A stretch of 64,000 bases of DNA from Escherichia coli (GTDB taxonomy: Bacteria > Pseudomonadota > Gammaproteobacteria > Enterobacterales > Enterobacteriaceae), in assembly GCF_044647545.1 (NCBI RefSeq), contig NZ_CP172818.1, one strand, 5' to 3'. The notes under the pieces are model-generated. The model was given only the letters and a program-made list of their open reading frames with translations. It was not told the origin of the DNA and did not search any database. The first letter of the stretch is position 1, and every line of letters begins with the position of its first letter. Shown here in pieces: positions 16,101-27,600 of this stretch. The position numbers and the translations under genes were made by a program.

Positions 16101-16660
16101 GTTATGTCGGAGGCGTAAGGCTGAAAGACATGCACCCGACAGAACGTGGTAAAGTCATCACGGCTGCGGGGCTCGTTGTTGCCGCGCGGGTTATGGTCAC
16201 CAAGCGCGGCAATCGTATCGGTATCTGCACGCTGGATGACCGTTCCGGGCGGCTGGAAGTGATGTTGTTTACTGACGCCCTGGATAAATACCAGCAATTG
16301 CTGGAAAAAGACCGCATACTTATCGTCAGCGGACAGGTCAGCTTTGATGACTTCAGCGGTGGGCTTAAAATGACCGCTCGCGAAGTGATGGATATTGACG
16401 AAGCCCGGGAAAAATATGCTCGCGGGCTTGCTATCTCGCTGACGGACAGGCAAATTGATGACCAGCTTTTAAACCGACTCCGTCAGTCTCTGGAACCCCA
16501 CCGCTCTGGGACAATTCCAGTACATCTCTACTATCAGAGGGCGGATGCACGCGCGCGGTTGCGTTTTGGCGCGACGTGGCGTGTCTCTCCGAGCGATCGT
16601 TTATTAAACGATCTCCGTGGCCTCATTGGTTCGGAGCAGGTGGAACTGGAGTTTGACTAA
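13178..16660 (+). CDS. dnaE: DNA polymerase III alpha subunit
   Basis: 1160-aa ORF; PHP domain N-terminus [20 protein letters not shown]. Confidence 0.97.
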   Translation: MSEPRFVHLRVHSDYSMIDGLAKTAPLVKKAAALGMPALAITDFTNLCGLVKFYGAGHGAGIKPIVGADFNVQCDLLGDELTHLTVLAANNTGYQNLTLLISKAYQRGYGAAGPIIDRDWLIELNEGLILLSGGRMGDVGRSLLRGNSALVDECVAFYEEHFPDRYFLELIRTGRPDEESYLHAAVELAEARGLPVVATNDVRFIDSSDFDAHEIRVAIHDGFTLDDPKRPRNYSPQQYMRSEEEMCELFADIPEALANTVEIAKRCNVTVRLGEYFLPQFPTGDMSTEDYLVKRAKEGLEERLAFLFPDEEERLKRRPEYDERLETELQVINQMGFPGYFLIVMEFIQWSKDNGVPVGPGRGSGAGSLVAYALKITDLDPLEFDLLFERFLNPERVSMPDFDVDFCMEKRDQVIEHVADMYGRDAVSQIITFGTMAAKAVIRDVGRVLGHPYGFVDRISKLIPPDPGMTLAKAFEAEPQLPEIYEADEEVKALIDMARKLEGVTRNAGKHAGGVVIAPTKITDFAPLYCDEEGKHPVTQFDKSDVEYAGLVKFDFLGLRTLTIINWALEMINKRRAKNGEPPLDIAAIPLDDKKSFDMLQRSETTAVFQLESRGMKDLIKRLQPDCFEDMIALVALFRPGPLQSGMVDNFIDRKHGREEISYPDVQWQHESLKPVLEPTYGIILYQEQVMQIAQVLSGYTLGGADMLRRAMGKKKPEEMAKQRSVFAEGAEKNGINAELAMKIFDLVEKFAGYGFNKSHSAAYALVSYQTLWLKAHYPAEFMAAVMTADMDNTEKVVGLVDECWRMGLKILPPDINSGLYHFHVNDDGEIVYGIGAIKGVGEGPIEAIIEARNKGGYFRELFDLCARTDTKKLNRRVLEKLIMSGAFDRLGPHRAALMNSLGDALKAADQHAKAEAIGQADMFGVLAEEPEQIEQSYASCQPWPEQVVLDGERETLGLYLTGHPINQYLKEIERYVGGVRLKDMHPTERGKVITAAGLVVAARVMVTKRGNRIGICTLDDRSGRLEVMLFTDALDKYQQLLEKDRILIVSGQVSFDDFSGGLKMTAREVMDIDEAREKYARGLAISLTDRQIDDQLLNRLRQSLEPHRSGTIPVHLYYQRADARARLRFGATWRVSPSDRLLNDLRGLIGSEQVELEFD

Positions 16661-16672
16661 TACAGGAATACT

Positions 16673-17632
16673 ATGAGTCTGAATTTCCTTGATTTTGAAC
16701 AGCCGATTGCAGAGCTGGAAGCGAAAATCGATTCTCTGACTGCGGTTAGCCGTCAGGATGAGAAACTGGATATTAATATCGATGAAGAAGTGCATCGTCT
16801 GCGTGAAAAAAGCGTAGAACTGACGCGTAAAATCTTCGCCGATCTCGGTGCATGGCAGATTGCGCAACTGGCACGCCATCCACAGCGTCCTTATACCCTG
16901 GATTACGTTCGCCTGGCATTTGATGAATTTGACGAACTGGCTGGCGACCGCGCGTATGCAGACGATAAAGCTATCGTCGGTGGTATCGCCCGTCTCGATG
17001 GTCGTCCGGTGATGATCATTGGTCATCAAAAAGGTCGTGAAACCAAAGAAAAAATTCGCCGTAACTTTGGTATGCCAGCGCCAGAAGGTTACCGCAAAGC
17101 ACTGCGTCTGATGCAAATGGCTGAACGCTTTAAGATGCCAATCATCACCTTTATCGACACCCCGGGGGCTTATCCGGGCGTGGGCGCAGAAGAACGCGGT
17201 CAGTCTGAAGCCATTGCACGCAACCTGCGTGAAATGTCTCGCCTTAGCGTACCGACTATTTGTACCGTTATCGGTGAAGGTGGTTCTGGCGGCGCGCTGG
17301 CGATTGGCGTGGGCGATAAAGTGAATATGCTGCAATACAGCACCTATTCCGTTATCTCGCCGGAAGGTTGTGCGTCCATTCTGTGGAAGAGCGCCGACAA
17401 AGCGCCGCTGGCGGCTGAAGCGATGGGTATCATCGCTCCGCGTCTGAAAGAGCTGAAACTGATCGACTCCATCATCCCGGAACCGCTGGGCGGCGCTCAC
17501 CGTAACCCGGAAGCGATGGCGGCATCGTTGAAAGCGCAACTGCTGGCGGATCTGGCCGATCTCGACGTGTTAAGCACTGAAGATTTAAAAAATCGTCGTT
17601 ATCAGCGCCTGATGAGCTACGGTTACGCGTAA
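16673..17632 (+). CDS. accA: acetyl-CoA carboxylase carboxyltransferase alpha subunit
   Basis: 319-aa [23 protein letters not shown]. Confidence 0.95.
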
Positions 17633-17652
17633 TTCGCAAAAGTTCTGAAAAA

Positions 17653-17680
17653 GGGTCACTTCGGTGGCCCTTTTTTATCG
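17653..17680 (+). terminator. putative rho-independent terminator after accA
   Basis: GGGTCAC-TTCG-GTGGCCC hairpin (with G-U pair) followed by T6. Confidence 0.55.
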
Positions 17681-17730
17681 CCACGGTTTGAGCAGGCTAT
17701 GATTAAGGAAGGATTTTCCAGGAGGAACAC

Positions 17731-19872
17731 ATGAACATCATTGCCATTATGGGACCGCATGGCGTCTTTTATAAAGATGAGCCCATCAAAGAACTGGAGT
17801 CGGCGCTGGTGGCGCAAGGCTTTCAGATTATCTGGCCACAAAACAGCGTTGATTTGCTGAAATTTATCGAACATAACCCTCGAATTTGCGGCGTGATTTT
17901 TGACTGGGATGAGTACAGTCTCGATTTATGTAGCGATATCAATCAGCTTAATGAATATCTCCCGCTTTATGCCTTCATCAACACCCACTCGACGATGGAT
18001 GTCAGCGTGCAGGATATGCGGATGGCGCTCTGGTTTTTTGAATATGCGCTGGGGCAGGCGGAAGATATCGCCATTCGTATGCGTCAGTACACCGACGAAT
18101 ATCTTGATAACATTACACCGCCGTTCACGAAAGCCTTGTTTACCTACGTCAAAGAGCGGAAGTACACCTTTTGTACGCCGGGTCATATGGGCGGCACCGC
18201 ATATCAAAAAAGCCCGGTTGGCTGTCTGTTTTATGATTTTTTCGGCGGGAATACTCTTAAGGCTGATGTCTCTATTTCGGTTACCGAGCTTGGTTCGTTG
18301 CTCGACCACACCGGGCCACACCTGGAAGCAGAAGAGTACATCGCGCGGACTTTTGACGCGGAACAGAGTTATATCGTTACCAACGGAACATCGACGTCGA
18401 ACAAAATTGTGGGTATGTACGCCGCGCCGTCCGGCAGTACGCTGTTAATTGACCGCAATTGTCATAAATCGCTGGCGCATCTGTTGATGATGAACGATGT
18501 AGTGCCAGTCTGGCTGAAACCGACGCGTAATGCGTTGGGGATTCTTGGTGGGATCCCGCGCCGTGAATTTTCTCGCGACAGTATCGAAGAGAAAGTCGCT
18601 GCCACCACGCAAGCACAATGGCCGGTTCATGCGGTGATCACCAACTCAACCTATGATGGCTTGCTCTACAACACCGACTGGATCAAACAGACGCTGGATG
18701 TCCCCTCGATCCACTTCGATTCCGCCTGGGTGCCGTACACCCATTTTCATCCGATCTACCAGGGTAAAAGTGGTATGAGCGGCGAGCGTGTTGCGGGAAA
18801 AGTGATCTTCGAAACGCAATCGACCCACAAAATGCTGGCGGCGTTATCCCAGGCTTCGCTGATCCACATTAAAGGTGAGTATGACGAAGAGGCGTTTAAC
18901 GAAGCCTTTATGATGCATACCACCACCTCACCCAGTTATCCCATTGTTGCTTCGGTTGAGACGGCGGCGGCGATGCTGCGTGGTAATCCGGGCAAACGGC
19001 TGATTAACCGTTCGGTGGAGCGGGCGCTGCATTTTCGCAAAGAGGTCCAGCGGCTGCGGGAAGAGTCTGACGGCTGGTTTTTCGATATCTGGCAACCGCC
19101 GCAGGTGGATGAAGCCGAATGCTGGCCCGTTGCGCCTGGCGAACAGTGGCACGGCTTTAACGATGCGGATGCCGATCATATGTTTCTCGATCCGGTTAAA
19201 GTCACTATTTTGACACCGGGGATGGACGAGCAGGGCAATATGAGCGAGGAGGGGATCCCGGCGGCGCTGGTAGCAAAATTCCTCGACGAACGAGGGATCG
19301 TAGTAGAGAAAACCGGTCCTTATAACCTGCTGTTTCTCTTTAGTATTGGAATCGATAAAACCAAAGCAATGGGATTATTGCGTGGGTTGACGGAATTTAA
19401 GCGCTCTTACGATCTCAACCTGCGGATCAAAAATATGCTGCCCGATCTCTATGCTGAAGATCCCGATTTCTACCGCAATATGCGCATTCAGGATCTGGCG
19501 CAAGGGATCCATAAGCTGATTCGTAAACACGATCTTCCCGGTTTGATGTTGCGGGCATTTGATACCTTGCCGGAGATGATCATGACGCCACATCAGGCAT
19601 GGCAGAGACAGATTAAAGGTGAAGTAGAAACCATTGCGCTGGAACAACTGGTCGGTAGAGTATCGGCAAATATGATCCTGCCTTATCCACCGGGCGTACC
19701 GCTGTTGATGCCTGGAGAAATGCTGACCAAAGAGAGCCGCACAGTACTCGATTTTCTACTGATGCTTTGTTCCGTAGGGCAACATTACCCCGGTTTTGAA
19801 ACGGATATTCACGGCGCGAAACAGGACGAAGATGGCGTTTACCGCGTACGAGTCCTAAAAATGGCGGGATAA
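17731..19872 (+). CDS. ldcC: lysine decarboxylase 2 (constitutive)
   Basis: 713-aa ORF; PLP-dependent Orn/Lys/Arg decarboxylase family; position after accA. Confidence 0.93.
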   Translation: MNIIAIMGPHGVFYKDEPIKELESALVAQGFQIIWPQNSVDLLKFIEHNPRICGVIFDWDEYSLDLCSDINQLNEYLPLYAFINTHSTMDVSVQDMRMALWFFEYALGQAEDIAIRMRQYTDEYLDNITPPFTKALFTYVKERKYTFCTPGHMGGTAYQKSPVGCLFYDFFGGNTLKADVSISVTELGSLLDHTGPHLEAEEYIARTFDAEQSYIVTNGTSTSNKIVGMYAAPSGSTLLIDRNCHKSLAHLLMMNDVVPVWLKPTRNALGILGGIPRREFSRDSIEEKVAATTQAQWPVHAVITNSTYDGLLYNTDWIKQTLDVPSIHFDSAWVPYTHFHPIYQGKSGMSGERVAGKVIFETQSTHKMLAALSQASLIHIKGEYDEEAFNEAFMMHTTTSPSYPIVASVETAAAMLRGNPGKRLINRSVERALHFRKEVQRLREESDGWFFDIWQPPQVDEAECWPVAPGEQWHGFNDADADHMFLDPVKVTILTPGMDEQGNMSEEGIPAALVAKFLDERGIVVEKTGPYNLLFLFSIGIDKTKAMGLLRGLTEFKRSYDLNLRIKNMLPDLYAEDPDFYRNMRIQDLAQGIHKLIRKHDLPGLMLRAFDTLPEMIMTPHQAWQRQIKGEVETIALEQLVGRVSANMILPYPPGVPLLMPGEMLTKESRTVLDFLLMLCSVGQHYPGFETDIHGAKQDEDGVYRVRVLKMAG

Positions 19873-19928
19873 CTTGCCAGAGCGGCTTCCGGGCGAGTAA
19901 CGTGCTGTTAACAAATAAAGGAGACGTT

Positions 19929-20318
19929 ATGCTGGGTTTAAAACAGGTTCACCATATTGCGATTATTGCGACGGATTATGCGGTGAGCAAAGCTTTCTAC
20001 TGCGATATTCTTGGTTTCACGCTGCAAAGCGAAGTCTATCGCGAAGCGCGCGACTCGTGGAAAGGGGATTTGGCGCTTAATGGGCAATATGTGATTGAGC
20101 TTTTCTCATTTCCGTTCCCGCCGGAGCGCCCCAGCCGACCGGAAGCTTGCGGCCTGCGTCATCTGGCTTTTAGCGTTGATGATATCGATGCGGCAGTGGC
20201 GCACCTTGAAAGCCATAACGTGAAGTGTGAAGCCATCCGTGTCGATCCATACACGCAAAAACGCTTCACGTTCTTTAACGATCCCGACGGGCTGCCGTTG
20301 GAACTGTATGAGCAGTAA
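19929..20318 (+). CDS. yaeR: VOC/glyoxalase-family protein
   Basis: 129 aa from ATG at 19929 (MLGLKQVHHIAII...). Confidence 0.85.
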   Translation: MLGLKQVHHIAIIATDYAVSKAFYCDILGFTLQSEVYREARDSWKGDLALNGQYVIELFSFPFPPERPSRPEACGLRHLAFSVDDIDAAVAHLESHNVKCEAIRVDPYTQKRFTFFNDPDGLPLELYEQ

Positions 20319-20382
20319 GGCTTGTCATCGCCGCATTTGCCCGGTAACGTGCCGGGCATTGCTACTGTAAAATCGCACCATC

Positions 20383-21681
20383 ATGACACTCACGCTCAAT
20401 AGACAACTTCTCTCCTCACGCCAGATTCTGGTGGCCTTTAGCGGCGGGCTTGACTCCACCGTTCTGCTGCATCAGTTGGTGCAGTGGCGGACGGAAAATC
20501 CGGGCGTCACTCTACGCGCTATCCATGTGCATCACGGTTTAAGTGCCAATGCCGATGCCTGGGTTAGGCATTGCGAGAACATCTGCCAACAGTGGCAGGT
20601 GCCGCTGGTGGTCGAGCGCGTGCAACTTGCGCAAGAAGGACTGGGCATTGAGGCCCAGGCGCGGCAGGTGCGTTATCAGGCATTTGCTCGTACCCTGTTA
20701 CCCGGTGAAGTGCTGGTCACCGCGCAACATCTCGACGATCAATGTGAAACCTTTCTGCTGGCGCTAAAACGCGGTAGCGGCCCTGCCGGGCTTTCGGCTA
20801 TGGCGGAAGTCTCGGAGTTTGCCGGAACGCGGCTTATCCGCCCGTTGCTCGCCCGCACGCGGGGAGAACTGGTGCAGTGGGCGCGTCAGTATGATTTACG
20901 CTGGATTGAAGACGAAAGTAATCAGGATGATAGCTACGATCGTAACTTCCTGCGCCTGCGCGTGGTGCCGTTATTGCAGCAGCGTTGGCCGCATTTTGCC
21001 GAAGCAACGGCCCGCAGCGCTGCGCTTTGCGCTGAACAAGAGAGCCTGTTAGATGAACTGCTGGCGGATGATATAGCGCACTGTCAAAAGCCGCAGGGGA
21101 CGCTGCAGATTGCGCCAATGCTGGCGATGAGTGATGCCCGCCGCGCGGCGATTATCCGCCGCTGGCTGGCAGGGCAGAATGCACCGATGCCTTCCCGCGA
21201 CGCGTTGGTGAGGATCTGGCAGGAAGTGGCGCTGGCGCGGGAAGATGCTTCCCCCTGTTTACGTCTGGGCGCGTTTGAAATCCGCCGCTATCAGTCGCAA
21301 CTGTGGTGGATTAAATCCGTTGCCGGGCAAAGCGAAACCATTGTGCCGTGGCAGACGTGGCTACAACCGCTGGAATTACCGGCGGGACTGGGAAGTGTAC
21401 AGCTTACTGCGGGAGGCGATATTCGCCCTCCGCGTGCAGACGAAGCGGTCAGCGTGCGTTTCAAAGCGCCAGGATTGCTGCATATTATCGGGCGCAACGG
21501 CGGACGTAAGCTGAAGAAAATCTGGCAAGAGCTGGGTGTGCCGCCGTGGCTACGTGACACCACGCCACTGCTGTTTTATGGCGAAACGTTGATTGCGGCG
21601 GCAGGGGTATTTGTGACGCAAGAAGGTGTGGCTGAAGGTGAGAATGGCGTCAGTCTTGTCTGGCAGAAAACGCTTAGTTAA
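20383..21681 (+). CDS. tilS: tRNA(Ile)-lysidine synthetase
   Basis: 432-aa ORF; PP-loop SGGLDS motif near N-terminus. Confidence 0.93.
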   Translation: MTLTLNRQLLSSRQILVAFSGGLDSTVLLHQLVQWRTENPGVTLRAIHVHHGLSANADAWVRHCENICQQWQVPLVVERVQLAQEGLGIEAQARQVRYQAFARTLLPGEVLVTAQHLDDQCETFLLALKRGSGPAGLSAMAEVSEFAGTRLIRPLLARTRGELVQWARQYDLRWIEDESNQDDSYDRNFLRLRVVPLLQQRWPHFAEATARSAALCAEQESLLDELLADDIAHCQKPQGTLQIAPMLAMSDARRAAIIRRWLAGQNAPMPSRDALVRIWQEVALAREDASPCLRLGAFEIRRYQSQLWWIKSVAGQSETIVPWQTWLQPLELPAGLGSVQLTAGGDIRPPRADEAVSVRFKAPGLLHIIGRNGGRKLKKIWQELGVPPWLRDTTPLLFYGETLIAAAGVFVTQEGVAEGENGVSLVWQKTLS

Positions 21682-21688
21682 GTGAAAG

Positions 21689-21721
21689 CCGGATAAGACG
21701 CTTCAAACGTCGCATCCGGCG
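21689..21721. repeat. REP-like palindromic unit between convergent tilS and rof
   Basis: GCCGGATAAGACGC ... GTCGCATCCGGC imperfect palindrome. Confidence 0.5.
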
Positions 21722-21729
21722 AAAGTCAA

Positions 21730-21984
21730 TCAGGACTCGCTCACCACCACCGTACCAATTTCCGGGTGGCTAAAGCTGGTAATTTTATCCAGACGTAGCT
21801 CGCGGGTTTCGCCAGCAGCTTCGACGACCAGATATTCCACATTTTTGCGGGAGACTAAATCGCTGGCCTTCCCCTGCAGTTTTTCGCCATCTTTCAGCTC
21901 AAGTGTCAGCATTAAATGATGCTGGCAGGCGAGCTCAAGATTATCGTAATCATCACAATTGATTGGTTGATACGTATCATTCAT
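21730..21984 (-). CDS. rof: Rho-specific transcription termination inhibitor Rof
   Basis: 84 aa from second Met ([23 protein letters not shown]...); track ORF starts 2 codons earlier. Confidence 0.85.
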
Positions 21985-22177
21985 TGACATAATCGCTCAC
22001 CAGTAAGTTTGCCGCAGCGTATGCTGCTTTTTCCCTGACAGCCTCAGAAAGGGCATCGTCGGCAGCCATTTCATTCAGCACTTTCAAAACGCAGCCCAGC
22101 GCGTCCGGAACGTATCCTAAGTCTCCGCTGGCGATTTCCGCGTACCGCTTGCGTATTAACTCACAATATTTTTCCAC
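21977..22177 (-). CDS. yaeP: small conserved protein YaeP (GTG start)
   Basis: 66 aa (M)[21 protein letters not shown]...; 8-nt overlap with rof start. Confidence 0.8.
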
Positions 22178-22342
22178 ATGCCCTCCTGTCAGCACTCTGA
22201 CTTAACCGTGGATGCAAGTCTAAGCCTACGAAGATAAACTCTGTTTCGCAAGGTGACTATACCACACTCATTTCTGCAATATCAGCGCCGCAACTGCACG
22301 TATTCCGTTACAATGGCCTCCTGATTCGAAAGGAGTTTTCTT

Positions 22343-22888
22343 ATGGCGCTTAAAGCGACGATTTATAAAGCGACGGTTAATGTGGCCGATCTCGACCGCA
22401 ACCAGTTTCTCGATGCCTCTCTGACGCTGGCGCGCCATCCTTCAGAAACCCAGGAGCGCATGATGCTGCGCCTGCTGGCGTGGCTGAAATATGCTGATGA
22501 ACGTCTGCAATTTACCCGAGGTTTGTGTGCCGATGATGAGCCGGAAGCGTGGCTGCGTAACGATCACCTGGGCATTGATTTATGGATTGAACTGGGGCTG
22601 CCGGATGAGCGACGGATTAAGAAAGCCTGCACTCAGGCCGCAGAAGTGGCGCTGTTTGCCTATAATAGTCGGGCGGCGCAAATCTGGTGGCAGCAAAATC
22701 AGAGCAAATGTGCGCAGTTTGCCAATCTTTCCGTCTGGTATCTGGACGATGAACAACTGGCGAAAGTGAGCGCCTTTGCCGATCGTACCATGACGCTGCA
22801 GGCAACGATTCAGGATGGTGTTATCTGGTTATCGGATGATAAGAATAATCTGGAAGTGAACTTAACCGTCTGGCAACAACCTTCATGA
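22343..22888 (+). CDS. yaeQ: conserved protein YaeQ
   Basis: 181-aa [25 protein letters not shown]. Confidence 0.9.
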   Translation: MALKATIYKATVNVADLDRNQFLDASLTLARHPSETQERMMLRLLAWLKYADERLQFTRGLCADDEPEAWLRNDHLGIDLWIELGLPDERRIKKACTQAAEVALFAYNSRAAQIWWQQNQSKCAQFANLSVWYLDDEQLAKVSAFADRTMTLQATIQDGVIWLSDDKNNLEVNLTVWQQPS

Positions 22889-23307
22889 TTGTGATTTCCC
22901 GACATGTTGCTATCCCTGATGGCGAGTTTGAGATCACCGCCATTCGTGCGCAGGGCGCGGGCGGGCAGCATGTTAATAAGACCTCAACGGCTATTCATCT
23001 GCGTTTTGACATTCGGGCGTCCAGCCTGCCAGAGTATTACAAAGAGCGTCTGCTCGCCGCCAGCCATCATTTGATCAGCAGTGACGGAGTGATTGTCATT
23101 AAGGCACAGGAATACCGCAGTCAGGAACTGAACCGCGAAGCGGCGCTGGCCCGGCTGGTGGCAGTGATTAAAGATTTAACAACAGAACAAAAAGCCCGAC
23201 GACCTACGCGGCCCACCCGTGCATCGAAAGAGCGCAGGCTGGCATCGAAAGCACAAAAATCAAGCGTGAAGGCGATGCGCGGCAAAGTGCGCAGCGGTCG
23301 GGAATAA
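22885..23307 (+). CDS. arfB: alternative ribosome-rescue factor / peptidyl-tRNA hydrolase ArfB
   Basis: 140-aa ORF with GGQ motif ([20 protein letters not shown]) and basic C-terminal tail. Confidence 0.93.
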   Translation: MIVISRHVAIPDGEFEITAIRAQGAGGQHVNKTSTAIHLRFDIRASSLPEYYKERLLAASHHLISSDGVIVIKAQEYRSQELNREAALARLVAVIKDLTTEQKARRPTRPTRASKERRLASKAQKSSVKAMRGKVRSGRE

Positions 23308-23320
23308 AAAGAAGGAATGG

Positions 23321-24031
23321 ATGGTGAAAAAAGCGATAGTGACAGCGATGGCTGTAATCAGCCTCTTTACTCTGATGGGATGTAATAATCGGGCCGAAGT
23401 CGATACGCTTTCTCCGGCACAGGCTGCCGAACTGAAACCGATGCCGCAAAGTTGGCGCGGCGTGCTGCCGTGTGCTGATTGCGAAGGAATCGAAACCTCT
23501 CTGTTCCTCGAAAAAGACGGAACCTGGGTGATGAATGAGCGTTATCTGGGGGCTCGTGAAGAACCTTCCTCCTTCGCTTCCTACGGTACATGGGCGCGAA
23601 CCGCTGACAAGCTGGTATTAACCGATAGCAAAGGTGAAAAGTCATATTATCGCGCGAAAGGAGATGCGCTGGAGATGCTCGATCGTGAAGGTAATCCGAT
23701 TGAATCGCAGTTCAACTATACGCTGGAACCGGCACAATCCAGCTTACCCATGACACCGATGACCCTGCGGGGCATGTATTTTTATATGGCTGATGCGGCG
23801 ACCTTCACTGATTGCGCGACCGGAAAACGTTTCATGGTGGCGAATAACGCAGAGCTGGAGCGTGGCTACCTGGCTGCGCGCGGTAACAGTGAAAAACCGG
23901 TGTTACTGTCAGTAGAAGGTCACTTTACGCTTGAGGCTAATCCGGATACCGGTGCGCCGACCAAAGTATTAGCGCCCGATACGGCAGGTAAATTTTACCC
24001 AAACCATGATTGCAGTAGTTTGGGGCTGTAA
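23321..24031 (+). CDS. nlpE: outer membrane lipoprotein NlpE
   Basis: 236-aa ORF with lipobox LMGC and CXXC motif. Confidence 0.93.
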   Translation: MVKKAIVTAMAVISLFTLMGCNNRAEVDTLSPAQAAELKPMPQSWRGVLPCADCEGIETSLFLEKDGTWVMNERYLGAREEPSSFASYGTWARTADKLVLTDSKGEKSYYRAKGDALEMLDREGNPIESQFNYTLEPAQSSLPMTPMTLRGMYFYMADAATFTDCATGKRFMVANNAELERGYLAARGNSEKPVLLSVEGHFTLEANPDTGAPTKVLAPDTAGKFYPNHDCSSLGL

Positions 24032-24063
24032 CCCGTCTTGAGACAGAAACAAATGAAATATTG

Positions 24064-24166
24064 CCTCATGCGCTGCGCTTATCAGGCCTAAAGCATACAA
24101 TGCAATATTTTGAATTAGCACAATTTTGTAGGCCGGATAAGGCGTTCACGCCGCATCCGGCATTTT
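24064..24166. repeat. BIME: two REP palindromic units in opposite orientation
   Basis: ...GCGCTGCGCTTATCAGGCCTA... and ...TAGGCCGGATAAGGCGTTCACGCCGCATCCGGCA... Confidence 0.7.
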
Positions 24167-24186
24167 GCGCACGAGGCTGGCTTTTA

Positions 24187-25011
24187 TCACTGAGTCAGCC
24201 CAACAAAGCGGCCTGCCTTGATATAAATCCCAGGCTTCATGTGCCCAACATACTGTAACTGCGTTTCTGGCTTAAACGCAGAGATATCGCCAGTACGCAT
24301 ATGCATCAGATCGGCAGGGCTAATCCAGCCTGATTGCGCCAGCGTAAGCGGATGCCCGGCTTTGGCAAATGCATCAGTGACAAATTCCGAACAAAACCAC
24401 GACTTTTTGTCTCCTTCGCCAACGTTACTTAACTGTGCTTTCGCCAGGCCGCTGACGCACTGTTGACGAAAATCCTCGGAGAATGGATTTAGTGAGCACA
24501 TCTGGCGAGTCACCATAAATGGAATAAATTCGACAATGCCGCGATAGTTGTAACCGCTATCTTTAATTTTGTTGGCGAACGCGGTGATTTCTGTGGCTTG
24601 TTGCGGGGTAAGATCCGGGACTCGTAAGACGAAAAGCTTATCACTATGCTTTATGGCTTTTTTAAGGGAAACAATCTGGACGCCAGCGCCTGTCGCTTCG
24701 GCAACGTTGTTATCTCCCAAATAGATTGCAACGTGACTCACAGAGGAAGTGCTGAATACGCGGATACCAAATGAGGTTACCCCAAGGCTTGAGGAGAAAA
24801 GCAAATCGCCGGGTTTGAGATCTGGTTCCGTTATTTCTTTTATTGATTGTTCGGTGAAAGAGCTTTGATGCTGGAATTTAACAGCCCATGTTTTCGCCTC
24901 GGCATTTACCACTGTGGCTGATGAGTCTGGCTGGCTGATATCAACGGTACAGGCCGAAAGTACAAGAAAGCAGGGGAGAAGCAGGCGGCAGTACGCCTTT
25001 GGTTTATCCAT
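24187..25011 (-). CDS. yaeF: putative NlpC/P60-type lipoprotein
   Basis: 274 aa from MDKPKAYCRLLLPCFLVLSAC (lipobox); track ORF 3 codons longer. Confidence 0.85.
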   Translation of the reverse strand: MDKPKAYCRLLLPCFLVLSACTVDISQPDSSATVVNAEAKTWAVKFQHQSSFTEQSIKEITEPDLKPGDLLFSSSLGVTSFGIRVFSTSSVSHVAIYLGDNNVAEATGAGVQIVSLKKAIKHSDKLFVLRVPDLTPQQATEITAFANKIKDSGYNYRGIVEFIPFMVTRQMCSLNPFSEDFRQQCVSGLAKAQLSNVGEGDKKSWFCSEFVTDAFAKAGHPLTLAQSGWISPADLMHMRTGDISAFKPETQLQYVGHMKPGIYIKAGRFVGLTQ

Positions 25012-25063
25012 TTTATACAATCCATGTAAAAAAGGGCCCCGAAATTCAGGACCCTTTCTGGCA

Positions 25064-26782
25064 TCAGCCTTTAATCTGTTTCACCAGATAATCGACGATG
25101 TCACCAGTCTTAATTAACTGTTTCTCGCCGTTACGACGATATTTATATTCGATATCATCGTTGTCGAGGTTACGGTCGCCCAGCACAATAGTGTGCGGAA
25201 TACCGATCAGTTCCATATCAGCAAACATCACGCCCGGACGCTCTTTGCGGTCATCCAGCAGCACTTCGATACCTTGTGCGCGCAGTTCGCTGTACAGTTT
25301 CTCAGCAAGTTCCTGTACGCGGAAGGATTTGTGCATGTTCATTGGCAGAATCGCCACCTGGAACGGCGCGATAGCGTCAGGCCATACGATGCCGCGTTCG
25401 TCGTAGTTCTGCTCAATCGCCGCTGCTACCACACGCGTTACACCGATACCGTAGCAACCCATCGTCAGGATTTGGTTACGGCCATCTTCACCCTGTACGG
25501 AGGCTTTCAGTGCTTCGGAGTACTTGGTACCCAGCTGGAAGATGTGACCGACTTCGATACCACGTTTGATCAGCAGCGTACCCTGACCATCCGGGCTTGG
25601 ATCGCCAGCCACCACGTTGCGGATATCAGCAATTTCCGGGGTAGCGACATCGCGATCCCAGTTGATACCGAAGTAGTGTTTACCATCAATGTTAGCACCA
25701 GCAGCAAAATCACTCATCGCAGCAACGGTACGGTCAATCACCACCGGAATCGGCATGTTTACCGGACCCAGTGAACCCGGACCGGCTTTAACCACGGCAC
25801 GAATTTCTTCTTCAGTCGCAAAAGTCAGCGGGCTTGCAACCTGCGGCAGTTTTTCTGCTTTAACTTCGTTCAGCTCGTGGTCACCGCGCACCAGCAGCGC
25901 AACCAGCGGGAAGCTACTGCCTTCAACGGCTTTAACCAGCAGAGTCTTCACCGTTTTCTCAATCGGCAGATTGAACTGTTCAACCAGTTCCGCGATGGTT
26001 TTCGCGTTCGGCGTATCAATCAGCGTCATTTCCTGGGTAGCAGCAGCGCGCGGTTCTTTCGGCGCGATAGCTTCTGCCAGCTCAATGTTCGCTGCATAGT
26101 CAGAGGTGTCGGAGAAGACCACATCGTCTTCACCGCTCTGCGCCAGCACCTGGAATTCATGAGAGGCGCTACCGCCGATAGAACCAGTGTCGGCCTGTAC
26201 GGCGCGGAAATCCAGCCCCATGCGGCTGAAGATTTTGCTGTAGGCCGCATACATTGCATCGTAGGTTTCCTGCAGGGATTCCTGAGAAGTATGGAAAGAG
26301 TAAGCATCTTTCATCAGGAATTCGCGGGAACGCATGACGCCGAAACGCGGACGCACTTCGTCGCGGAACTTGGTCTGGATCTGATAGAAGTTCAGCGGCA
26401 GCTGTTTGTAAGAGCTCAGCTCGTTACGAATCAGGTCAGTGATAACTTCTTCATGAGTTGGGCCGAGTACGAACGGACGGTCACCACGGTCAGCAATACG
26501 CAGCAATTCCGGGCCATACTGTTCCCAACGACCACTCTCTTGCCACAGTTCAGATGGCTGAACCACCGGCATTAACACCTCGATCGCACCGGCGTTGTTC
26601 ATCTCTTCACGCACGATGTTTTCGACTTTTTTCAGAACGCGCACGCCGGTCGGCAGCCAGGTATATAACCCGGAGGCCAGCTTGCGGATCATCCCGGCGC
26701 GCAGCATCAGCTGATGGCTGATCACCTCGGCGTCGGCAGGTGTCTCCTTGAGAGTGGAGAGCAGGTATTGGCTAGTACGCAT
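25064..26782 (-). CDS. proS: prolyl-tRNA synthetase
   Basis: 572 aa from [20 protein letters not shown]; class II aaRS motifs; track ORF includes 18 extra upstream codons. Confidence 0.95.
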   Translation of the reverse strand: MRTSQYLLSTLKETPADAEVISHQLMLRAGMIRKLASGLYTWLPTGVRVLKKVENIVREEMNNAGAIEVLMPVVQPSELWQESGRWEQYGPELLRIADRGDRPFVLGPTHEEVITDLIRNELSSYKQLPLNFYQIQTKFRDEVRPRFGVMRSREFLMKDAYSFHTSQESLQETYDAMYAAYSKIFSRMGLDFRAVQADTGSIGGSASHEFQVLAQSGEDDVVFSDTSDYAANIELAEAIAPKEPRAAATQEMTLIDTPNAKTIAELVEQFNLPIEKTVKTLLVKAVEGSSFPLVALLVRGDHELNEVKAEKLPQVASPLTFATEEEIRAVVKAGPGSLGPVNMPIPVVIDRTVAAMSDFAAGANIDGKHYFGINWDRDVATPEIADIRNVVAGDPSPDGQGTLLIKRGIEVGHIFQLGTKYSEALKASVQGEDGRNQILTMGCYGIGVTRVVAAAIEQNYDERGIVWPDAIAPFQVAILPMNMHKSFRVQELAEKLYSELRAQGIEVLLDDRKERPGVMFADMELIGIPHTIVLGDRNLDNDDIEYKYRRNGEKQLIKTGDIVDYLVKQIKG

Positions 26783-26892
26783 GTTGTTACGGTTCCAGTT
26801 GGAAGGTAGAACAGGCTCAAGGCGAGCCTGGGACAAAAAAAGTGATTTAGTTTACCAGTGCAAAAGAAATGTCAAAAGAGAAGGGCGTGAAT

Positions 26893-27600
26893 TTAACGCG
26901 GTTCCAGCGCAAAGACTTCAAAACCTGCGTCGGTGACGCGCCAGCGAACATTAAAATCATGCAGCCAGACGGCATAGGTTTTGCCCGTTTCCTCACCTTT
27001 ACGATAGGCCGGGCGCGGGTCCTGCGCCAGTACTTCGCGGATAAACAGCGTTAACTGCGGATAACGCTTCTCCAGCGTCAAAAGCTGCTTTTCGACCTCT
27101 GCGGTAAAACACACCGCCATTTCTGCCGCTGGCGCACTTTGCGCATAGCTGGCACTGGCATCGGGAAGCGATTCGGCAAAGGGGAGATACGGTTTGATAT
27201 CCACTACCGGCGTACCATCGACCAGATCCAGACTGCCGAGCTTCAGAATCACGCTGTCTTTATGGCAAACAACCTCTTTCAGCTCTACCAGCGACATACC
27301 AATTGGGTTAGGGCGAAAAGTGGAGCGCGTAGCGAAAACACCCATTCTGGCATTACCGCCAAGACGAGGCGGACGCACAGTCGGACGCCAGCCGCCTTCC
27401 ATCGTTTGATGAAAGACGAAAAGGATCCATAAATGGCTGAATGCTTCCAGGCCGCGAACGGCGTCGGCCTGGTTGTAGGGTGCAATGAGATGTAGTTCGC
27501 CGTTGGCGCTTTTTACCAGACCTGGCTGGCGCGGAACGGCGAATTTTTCTTTATAGGGCGAGCGAATAACGCCTATTTGCTCGAACTGGAAACTGCTCAT
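26893..27600 (-). CDS. tsaA: tRNA (adenine37-N6)-methyltransferase
   Basis: 235-aa ORF MSSFQFEQIGVIRSPYKEKF. Confidence 0.9.
   Translation of the reverse strand: MSSFQFEQIGVIRSPYKEKFAVPRQPGLVKSANGELHLIAPYNQADAVRGLEAFSHLWILFVFHQTMEGGWRPTVRPPRLGGNARMGVFATRSTFRPNPIGMSLVELKEVVCHKDSVILKLGSLDLVDGTPVVDIKPYLPFAESLPDASASYAQSAPAAEMAVCFTAEVEKQLLTLEKRYPQLTLFIREVLAQDPRPAYRKGEETGKTYAVWLHDFNVRWRVTDAGFEVFALEPR

Noticed and set aside
16604-17539. 311-aa minus-strand ORF antisense to accA
   Set aside because: Antisense frame within a conserved gene; composition-driven open frame.
17900-18448. 182-aa alternate-frame ORF inside ldcC
   Set aside because: Out-of-frame overlap within a well-supported 713-aa gene; Arg/Ser-rich.
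25193-26575. Plus-strand ORFs of 136-232 aa inside proS
   Set aside because: All antisense to proS; no motifs or RBS.
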